From: Limnohabitans sp.
GTDB taxonomy: Bacteria; Pseudomonadota; Gammaproteobacteria; Burkholderiales; Burkholderiaceae_C
NCBI RefSeq assembly: GCF_046052825.1
Contig: NZ_JAVLFP010000060.1
Location: 87,355 to 151,354, forward strand
DNA: 64,000 nt
Direction of reading: 5' to 3'
Shown here: in pieces, positions 56,084-63,069 of the stretch
How the letters are laid out: every line of letters starts with the position of its first letter
Position numbering within the stretch: position 1 is the stretch's first letter
The notes under the pieces: model-generated
Databases searched by the model: none
What the model saw: only the letters and a program-made list of their open reading frames with translations
What the model was told of the DNA's origin: nothing
Made by a program: the position numbers and the translations under genes

Positions 56084-57784
56084 ATGACCCACATCGCATC
56101 GACAGACGTCATCATCGTGGGTGGCGGCCCCAGTGGTCTGATGTTGGCCATTGAGCTGGGATGCCGCAACGTGCCCTGCCTCTTGATCGAGCCGCAACTG
56201 CTGCCCCCCGACCGCCCCAAAGCCAACGCCACCTCCGCACGCACCATGGAGCATTACCGCCGCCGTGGTTTTGCCGACCAGGTGCGCAAGGTCGGCATGG
56301 CCGCAGACTATCCCCAAGACGTGATGTATTGCACCCGATTGGCGGGCAAAGAACTGGCGCGTTTTCGCATCCCCAGCCGCACCCAGGCGGCTCAGCAAAG
56401 CGCCTTTGGCGACTACGGCGAAGCCGCTTGGCCCACCCCAGAGTTGCCGCACCGGGGCCAGCAGATGTACATCGAGCCGATCTTGCGTCAACAGATCGCG
56501 CGCTACCCCAGTGTGACCACGCGTTACGGTTGGCAAGTCGATCAAGTCGCCGATGGCGCCGAGCACGCGCGTGTAGTCGCCACCGATGTGGCCACCCAAC
56601 GCACGCATGAGCTGCAAGCGCGGTACGTGGTGGGGTGCGATGGACCCCGCAGCATCGTGCGCCACACCATGGGCACCAGCTACGAAGGGGCCAGCCAAGA
56701 GCAGCGGGATTATTTTGGCGGGCAGATGCTGTCGATCCACTTTCGCGCGGCAGGTTTGTACCCCGCCTTGGCGCACGGCCCGTTGGCCCAGCCGGCTTGG
56801 CAGAGCTGGGTCATGAACCCCCAACTGCGCGGCATCTTGGTGGCCATCAACGGCGTGGATGAGTTTGGCATGGGCATTCAACTCAAACCCGGTCAAGGCA
56901 TTGACGATGTCAATGTCGATGCCACCCTGCGCACGCTCACCGGCCTGGACACCGTGCCGTTTGACTACGAGGTGCTGCACAAAAGCAGTTGGACAGCGGG
57001 CTTCATGTTGGTGGCCGAGCAGTTCCAAACCGGGCGCTTGTTCATTGCCGGAGACGCCGCCCATTTGTTCACCCCCACCGGTGGCATGGGCTACAACACC
57101 AGCATCGACGACGCCGTGAACTTGGGTTGGAAGCTCGCCGCCGTGGTGCAGGGCTGGGCCCCTGAGTCGCTGCTGCACACCTACTTTGAAGAGCGCCACC
57201 CCATCGCCAAGCGCAACACACAGTTTGCGCGTCTCATGGCCGAAAGCATTGGGCGCATGCCCATCCCGGCATCGCTGGAGCAAGACACCACGGAGGGTGA
57301 ACAAGCCCGAGTCGCCTTGGCCCATGCCGTGCACGCCCACGCCCATGCGGAGTTCAACATCCCAGGCTTGCAGCTGGGGCTGCGCTACCAAAGCCGCATC
57401 GTGGCGCGTGAATCGGGCGAGGCCCCGCCCGATGCCCCCAATGTCTATGTGCCCAGTGGGTTTGCGGGATGCCGCGCACCGTTTGTCAAGCTGGCAGACG
57501 GCAGGTGGCTGCCCGACTTGTTTGGCAGGGACTTCACCGTGTTGGCCTTGGGCCCGCAGTCCGACGAACACACCTGGTTGGAGGCCGCCAGTGCCCTCAC
57601 ATTGCCCTTGACGGTGGTGCATCAACCCGACGCCGCAGCGCGTGCGCTGTACGGGGCCGATTGGGTGCTGGTTCGCCCCGACCATCATGTGGCTTGGCGG
57701 GGCAACAGCGCACAGCAGGCTTCAGCCGTGCTGGCGCAAGCCGCAGGTCTCAGGGTGGATGAAGGGATGCAGATCAGCCGGTGA
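56084..57784 (+). CDS. FAD-dependent aromatic hydroxylase (PheA/TfdB phenol monooxygenase-like, with C-terminal thioredoxin-like domain)
   Basis: Start set at ATG 56084. Carries VIIVGGGPSG, VGCDGPRS and GDAAHLFTPTGGMGYNTSIDDAVNLGWKL, with a ~170-aa C-terminal extension. Confidence 0.85.
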   Translation: MTHIASTDVIIVGGGPSGLMLAIELGCRNVPCLLIEPQLLPPDRPKANATSARTMEHYRRRGFADQVRKVGMAADYPQDVMYCTRLAGKELARFRIPSRTQAAQQSAFGDYGEAAWPTPELPHRGQQMYIEPILRQQIARYPSVTTRYGWQVDQVADGAEHARVVATDVATQRTHELQARYVVGCDGPRSIVRHTMGTSYEGASQEQRDYFGGQMLSIHFRAAGLYPALAHGPLAQPAWQSWVMNPQLRGILVAINGVDEFGMGIQLKPGQGIDDVNVDATLRTLTGLDTVPFDYEVLHKSSWTAGFMLVAEQFQTGRLFIAGDAAHLFTPTGGMGYNTSIDDAVNLGWKLAAVVQGWAPESLLHTYFEERHPIAKRNTQFARLMAESIGRMPIPASLEQDTTEGEQARVALAHAVHAHAHAEFNIPGLQLGLRYQSRIVARESGEAPPDAPNVYVPSGFAGCRAPFVKLADGRWLPDLFGRDFTVLALGPQSDEHTWLEAASALTLPLTVVHQPDAAARALYGADWVLVRPDHHVAWRGNSAQQASAVLAQAAGLRVDEGMQISR

Positions 57785-58238
57785 AGCGTTGCAGCTGAGC
57801 CAGCATGGCGGCTGGAATGGGCACCCGCTGGCGCACCTCTCGGCTGATGCAAATGGGTGAAAAGCGCCCCGTGAAAATGCGTCGTCCATCGGCTTGCTTG
57901 GCCTCGACGTGGATGTCGTAGCTGTGCGCACGGATGTTGGAGACCGTGCAGTGCATGTCAAACTCATCCTCGGGCCACAGCGCACCATGGAACGTCAAGT
58001 CCATGCCTTTGCAAGGCGTGTCGACGGCCAGCGTTTTGATCCATTCAAAGTAGCGGCCATCGCCCAACTCGGCAAAAAAATAGCTCGAAGCGATCAGCAA
58101 ATACTCGGTGAACTTACCGGTGTACACCACGCCTGCCGGGTCGCAGTCGGCCCAGCGCACGCGCTTGCGCACCACCAAGGGGTGGCGCGACACCACACGT
58201 TCGTAGGTTGACACATGGGGGGCGCTGTCAGCGTGCAT
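57774..58238 (-). CDS. 4-hydroxybenzoyl-CoA-thioesterase-type (hotdog fold) acyl/aryl-CoA thioesterase
   Basis: 154 aa with N-terminal VRWADCDPAGVVYTGKF, the 4HBT-type catalytic Asp context. Confidence 0.75.
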   Translation of the reverse strand: MHADSAPHVSTYERVVSRHPLVVRKRVRWADCDPAGVVYTGKFTEYLLIASSYFFAELGDGRYFEWIKTLAVDTPCKGMDLTFHGALWPEDEFDMHCTVSNIRAHSYDIHVEAKQADGRRIFTGRFSPICISREVRQRVPIPAAMLAQLQRFTG

Positions 58239-59445
58239 GGGCGCTTTCCAGGGGTTCGTGGGCAGCCACAGGCTTTTGTGTCAAACCCTCGCGCTGAAAT
58301 TGCGCAAACAACTCGGGGTATTGCTGCTGCAAGCGTTCTTCGCTCAGGCGACCGGTGCGGGTCATGAACGCGTGAATGAACCCATAGGGGGTGTAGCGTC
58401 GCATCCAGTCCCCAAACTGCTCGTACCACAGGTAGGACTTGCGTGAGGCGTTCAAGAGTTTGTCTTTGGCCGGGCCGCGCGTTTGGGCAAAGTTGTGCAG
58501 GCGTGCCAGTGGGCTGAGCTCTGGGGCTCCGGTTGCCACCGGCGCGGTCAAGGCATCGGCCAGCGCAATCGCGTCTTCCATGGCGATGCGGGTGCCTGAA
58601 CCAATCGAGAAGTGGGCCGTGGTGTGCGCGTCGCCCATCAACACATGCTTGCCCACCGTCCAGTGCGCGTTTTGCGTCACGGGGAACTGCCGCCAGTTGG
58701 AATGGTTGGAAATCAGTGGCTCCCCATCCAGCTCAGGCGCAAACACCTGTTCAAACACCTGTTGGCGTTGTTCGTTGCTCATGGCGTGCAGCCCTAAGCT
58801 GTGCCAGGTGGCGTCGTCGCACTCCGCCACAAAGGTGCTGGCCGAGCTGCTGTAGGGGTAGTAATGCGCCACAAACGAGCCGCCTTGCCACTCACGAAAC
58901 ACCAAGGCCGATTTGGTGAACACCCGCGCCGTGCCGTACCACGCAAAGTGGTTGGTCAGGAATGACTGGGTGGTGCCAAACTCTGTTTCGTAGGCGGCAC
59001 GCACCACCGAGTTCACGCCATCGGCGCCCACCACCACATCGGCATCGGCCAAACCATGCTGACTGAGTTCGTCGGGGTGTTCGATGCGCACACCAAAACG
59101 CACATCCACACCCACCTCTTGGGCGGTGCGTTGCAGCACATGCAGCAAATCGATGCGGGCAATGGCACCCCCTTTGGCGGGGTGTTGAATGTCAATCGGA
59201 TGGTGTTGCACTTCGATGGTTTGAACCCCATTGAAATTCATCTTCGCAACCAACTGCTCAAACACCTGGGGGTCTGCTGCTTGCAAACGGTTGAGCCCTG
59301 AGTCGGCCAGCACCACCCCAAACCCAAAGGTCGAATCGGCGTTGTTTTGTTCAATCACGCTCACAGGCCAGTCGGGTTGGCGGCGTTTGAGCAAGAGGGC
59401 GAGGTACAGCCCCGAGGGGCCACCGCCCACGATGGCGACTTTCAT
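58228..59445 (-). CDS. stand-alone group-A FAD-dependent monooxygenase (candidate aryl-CoA hydroxylase)
   Basis: 405 aa with MKVAIVGGGPSG and GDAHTTAHFSIGSGTRIAMEDAIALADAL. The N-terminal pattern ...TFGFGVVL... resembles what I recall of the monooxygenase half of aminobenzoyl-CoA/salicylyl-CoA hydroxylases. That resemblance is unverified. Confidence 0.75.
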   Translation of the reverse strand: MKVAIVGGGPSGLYLALLLKRRQPDWPVSVIEQNNADSTFGFGVVLADSGLNRLQAADPQVFEQLVAKMNFNGVQTIEVQHHPIDIQHPAKGGAIARIDLLHVLQRTAQEVGVDVRFGVRIEHPDELSQHGLADADVVVGADGVNSVVRAAYETEFGTTQSFLTNHFAWYGTARVFTKSALVFREWQGGSFVAHYYPYSSSASTFVAECDDATWHSLGLHAMSNEQRQQVFEQVFAPELDGEPLISNHSNWRQFPVTQNAHWTVGKHVLMGDAHTTAHFSIGSGTRIAMEDAIALADALTAPVATGAPELSPLARLHNFAQTRGPAKDKLLNASRKSYLWYEQFGDWMRRYTPYGFIHAFMTRTGRLSEERLQQQYPELFAQFQREGLTQKPVAAHEPLESAHAR

Positions 59446-59699
59446 GCGGCGCTTTCGATGATGGTCAACACATCGTTGTCAAAGTGGGTGATCTGTCCGA
59501 CCAAGCCACCCGTCAACGCCCCGTGCCACACCGCAGGCTTGAAGCCCAAGGTTTTACGCTTCAAGCTGATTTGCTGCGGCGCGGAGATGCGCCAATACCC
59601 CAGCCGTGGGCCATCGACCTGGTAGTCGGGCACCTCACGCGCATGCGCCACCAAGGGTAAAAACTCTTCCACATTGAGGACAAAGATCGTGGGCATCAA
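59442..59699 (-). CDS. 85-aa protein, possible MmoB/DmpM-family (monooxygenase effector) fold
   Basis: Translationally coupled to both neighbours by 4-nt overlaps. The motif YWRISAPQQISLKRKTL...GQITHFDNDVLTI parallels DmpM MIRIEAEKRLEIRRETV...GNVDEDDDRFVL and T4moD [17 protein letters not shown]...GQIQADEDQIRF, both recalled from memory. Confidence 0.45.
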   Translation of the reverse strand: MMPTIFVLNVEEFLPLVAHAREVPDYQVDGPRLGYWRISAPQQISLKRKTLGFKPAVWHGALTGGLVGQITHFDNDVLTIIESAA

Positions 59700-60316
59700 T
59701 GGGACTCCTGGGCCTGCTCAAACGCCTGGGCCAAGGCCGCGCCTTTGGTCAGCCAGACTTGGTCGATCTTTTGAAACGGTTGCTGGCCTTGCTCCAGGGC
59801 CATGCCTGCTTCGAGGGTGCGGGCGGCGTCTTGAATGTCAATGGCTTCGAACGGACGGACTTGCCAGGTGATCTCCAGCGAGTAGCCATTGGGGTCGTTG
59901 AAGTAAATCGACTCAATCACCTCGTGGCGAATTTGGTACTTGACCTCAATGCCAGCGGCTTCGATCTTGGCGCGGCAGTCCAACAAGGCTTCGCGGGTGT
60001 CCACGCGCCATGCCGTGTGCGAGGCGCGGTAGCGGTAGTCGTCGTGCACCGCCACAAAGTCGGGTGGGGTGGTGCCGATGTAGTAAAAAAACGCGATCGT
60101 GCTGTGGTTGCCGCTGTCAAAAAAGAAATGCAAAAAGTCGGCATGGTCTTCCGGACCCCAGCCACGCGCTGAAATGGCATGCACCAGCGGCAGCCCCAAC
60201 AAGTCACGGTAAAAGTGCACGGTTTCTGACAACTTCCAGGTCGGGCGTGCCGTGTGGTGAACGCCCGCAATGGGAATGGGCTGACGGGCTGTGGTGGCTG
60301 AGGTGAGGGTGGTCAT
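59696..60316 (-). CDS. VOC-superfamily (glyoxalase/dioxygenase fold) protein with C-terminal helical extension
   Basis: 206 aa with a VOC module GVHHTARPTW...FYRDLLGLP...HFFFD...HTAWRV...SIYFNDPNGYSLEI, followed by about 55 extra residues. Confidence 0.7.
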   Translation of the reverse strand: MTTLTSATTARQPIPIAGVHHTARPTWKLSETVHFYRDLLGLPLVHAISARGWGPEDHADFLHFFFDSGNHSTIAFFYYIGTTPPDFVAVHDDYRYRASHTAWRVDTREALLDCRAKIEAAGIEVKYQIRHEVIESIYFNDPNGYSLEITWQVRPFEAIDIQDAARTLEAGMALEQGQQPFQKIDQVWLTKGAALAQAFEQAQESH

Positions 60317-60331
60317 AAGAGGTCTCTGGTG

Positions 60332-62017
60332 TCACTGCGGGGTTTGTTCGGCTTTGAGCATGTTGGCAATCAAGGTTCGCAGGGCGGGCTTGTTGAGTTT
60401 GGACGCGTTGGTGAGGGGGAACTCTGTCAGCACCTCGATGCGTTCAGGCCACTTGAATTTGGCCATGCCCGCCGCTTCCAAAAAGCGCCCCAGCTCTGCG
60501 GTGGTGGGCACAACCGCACCATCACGCAGGGTGACGAAGGCACAGATGCGCTCGCCGTACACCTGGTCGGGCATGCCCACGATGGCCGTGGCCGAGATGG
60601 CAGGGTGGCGGTTGACTTGCAACTCCACTTCTTCGCAGTTGACCTTTTCGCCCGCGCGGTCCACCACGTCTTTGGTGCGGCCACGGAACTGGTAGTAGCG
60701 CTTGCCGCCAATGTCTCGAAACAGCATCAAGTCGCCCGAGCGGTAAAAGCCCTGGCGGGTGAAGGCCTGTGCATCGCGCTCCGGGGCATCGTAATAACCG
60801 TGGATGGTGTAGGGCCCACCAAAGGCGCATTCGCCTTCGACACCGGGTTCCACAATTTCCTCCTCGCTGCCAATCTTGAACAGCTTGACTTGGTCAAATG
60901 GCGACACCGGCGCGCCCACCATGGTGTCGCGCACCTCTTGCGGGTCGGTGTCTTGCGTGAGCATGATCACGCCCTCGGTCATGCCAAAGATGTGATAAAC
61001 CGGCGCACCCAACAAGTCGCGCAAGGCCGGGGCGTTGTTGGCGCTGATGACCCCGCGCAGACTGCCCAGAGGCAATGCGCCCGATTGAACGGCGGGTTTG
61101 AGCTTCTCCACCAAAGGCCCGGCCATCACGGTCCAGGTGGGTTCGCAGCGTTTGAAAATATCGCCCAAAGCCTCGGGCGCCAAACTGGTGGCAATGGCCA
61201 CGTTGCCCCCGGTCAACAAAAACGGACCAAAGCAGCACCCCATGTTGAGGTTGTGCATCATCGGCATGGGCATGAACAACACGTCGTCGCTGCGGTAGCC
61301 GTTCCAAGCCGCGACCGAGCGCATGTTGTAGATGTACTCGTTGTGAAAACGCGGAATGATCTTGGGCACCCCGGTGGTGCCGCCAGACAGCTGAAACACC
61401 GCCACCTGAAACGGGTCGCGCGGCACTTGGGCCAGCAGCGCGCTGGCGCTTTCTTGGCTGATCGACGCGATCAGGGTTTGCAGATGGTGGGCGGACCCGC
61501 GCGGCGTGCCACGGGCCTGGACGATGGCCGTCAAGGTGGGCACCACGGCCTGCATGCGCTCGGCAAATGCCACATCGTCGAACTTTGGGTCATCGCCTTG
61601 CACAAACATCAGCCGTGCTTTGGCATGGTTGCCCAAGTAGCCAATTTCAAGTTCGCGGTGGGCGGCGAGGGTGCAGATGGGAATCAAACCTGCCTTGAGG
61701 CAGGCGATGAAGCCCACCACCAGCTCGTTGCAGTTGCCGATCTGAAAAATCACCCGGTCCAAGGGCGCCAACCCCATCTGGATGAACGCACCCGCCAAGC
61801 GGTCGGTCATCTCTTGCAACTGGCCGTAACTCAAACTGCCCTCGCTGCCGCTCAGTGCAGTGCGTTTGGCATGTTGGGTGAATGACGCACTGAAGGCCTG
61901 GTCCATGGTTTCGTGGGTCAGGGCGCCACCGTCGACATAGCGGCGCAAGTCGGCTTCTGGGGCATAGACCACCCCCGGCATGGGGTGGCGTACTTGGTAT
62001 TGGCGTGAGGTCAGCAT
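60332..62017 (-). CDS. aryl-acid adenylating enzyme / aryl-CoA ligase (EntE/DhbE-like ANL family)
   Basis: 561 aa with AMP-binding motifs LSGGTTGVPK, GMTEG, YRSGD and GRTKD. The N-terminal region is colinear with 2,3-dihydroxybenzoate-AMP ligases as I recall them. Confidence 0.85.
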   Translation of the reverse strand: MLTSRQYQVRHPMPGVVYAPEADLRRYVDGGALTHETMDQAFSASFTQHAKRTALSGSEGSLSYGQLQEMTDRLAGAFIQMGLAPLDRVIFQIGNCNELVVGFIACLKAGLIPICTLAAHRELEIGYLGNHAKARLMFVQGDDPKFDDVAFAERMQAVVPTLTAIVQARGTPRGSAHHLQTLIASISQESASALLAQVPRDPFQVAVFQLSGGTTGVPKIIPRFHNEYIYNMRSVAAWNGYRSDDVLFMPMPMMHNLNMGCCFGPFLLTGGNVAIATSLAPEALGDIFKRCEPTWTVMAGPLVEKLKPAVQSGALPLGSLRGVISANNAPALRDLLGAPVYHIFGMTEGVIMLTQDTDPQEVRDTMVGAPVSPFDQVKLFKIGSEEEIVEPGVEGECAFGGPYTIHGYYDAPERDAQAFTRQGFYRSGDLMLFRDIGGKRYYQFRGRTKDVVDRAGEKVNCEEVELQVNRHPAISATAIVGMPDQVYGERICAFVTLRDGAVVPTTAELGRFLEAAGMAKFKWPERIEVLTEFPLTNASKLNKPALRTLIANMLKAEQTPQ

Positions 62018-62052
62018 GGGGTGTGGTGTGTGTGGCGGCGGTGCGCAGGGGC

Positions 62053-63030
62053 TTATTCAGGCTTGAACCCTAAGGTGCGGATGACACCGCCAAACAATTC
62101 TTTTTCGCTTTTGACAAAGCGCTGGGCATCGGCCACCGAGCCTGGCGTGGCGTAGGTGCCGAAGTCACGGAACTTGGCCAACACATCGGGCTGCTGCATG
62201 GCCAGGTTGATGTCGTTGTTGAGGCGCTGCAAGATCGCCGCAGACGTGCCCTTGGGGGCCTGAAAACTGAACCAGCCGCTGATGTTCAAACCTGGAATGG
62301 TTTTGTTGGCCAAGGGAATGCTCTCCAAGCCAGGCAATTCGGTTTCGGCCGCCACCGCGAGGGCACGCAAGCGCCCTGACTTGACCAATTGAATCAGCGG
62401 GCCCGTGCCGTCCACATACATGGCGATGTCGCCGTTGACAACCGACTGAATGCCTTGCGCGGTGTTGGCAAAAGACACTTGTTGAAACTGCACATTCATT
62501 TTGATGCCCGCCACCTCGGCGGCCAAATGCGGGATGGAGGTTCGGGTGGGGTTGCCAATCGCAATTTGGTCAGGCTTGGCTTTGGCCATGGCAATGGCAT
62601 CGGCCAAGTTTTTGGCGGGGTTGCTTGCGTTGGTGACAAACAGCATGGGTGTTTTGCCGGCGATGGCAAAGGTCTCGAAGTCGCGTTCTATGTCGTAGGT
62701 GGCTTCTTTGTAGGTGACCGGCGTGACCACCACCACAGCGGCTTGGTTCAAGCCAATGGTGTAACCGTCGGCAGGCGCTGCTTTGAGCAAGTTCATGGCC
62801 ACAATGCCGCCTGCGCCGGGCTTGTTGTCGACCACGATGGTTTGACCCAGGCTCGCGGTGAGCTTGTCGCCAATGATGCGGGCCGCCAAGTCAGGCGCGC
62901 TGCCCGCAGGTGCGGGCACGATCAAGCGGATCGACTTTTGCGGCCAAGCGCCGGTTTGTGCCCAACTGCAAAGCGCTGCAGCACCAAGGCACGTGGCCAG
63001 CAAGGTGCGAGAGAGATGTTTCAAAAGCAT
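62053..63030 (-). CDS. Bug/TctC-family periplasmic binding protein
   Basis: Signal peptide MLLKHLSRTLLATCLGAAALCSWA, then WPQKSIRLIVPAPAGSAPDLAARII. Confidence 0.85.
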   Translation of the reverse strand: MLLKHLSRTLLATCLGAAALCSWAQTGAWPQKSIRLIVPAPAGSAPDLAARIIGDKLTASLGQTIVVDNKPGAGGIVAMNLLKAAPADGYTIGLNQAAVVVVTPVTYKEATYDIERDFETFAIAGKTPMLFVTNASNPAKNLADAIAMAKAKPDQIAIGNPTRTSIPHLAAEVAGIKMNVQFQQVSFANTAQGIQSVVNGDIAMYVDGTGPLIQLVKSGRLRALAVAAETELPGLESIPLANKTIPGLNISGWFSFQAPKGTSAAILQRLNNDINLAMQQPDVLAKFRDFGTYATPGSVADAQRFVKSEKELFGGVIRTLGFKPE

Positions 63031-63069
63031 GGGGTGTCTCCAGGGTGGTGGTGGTGATCTGAAAAAAAA

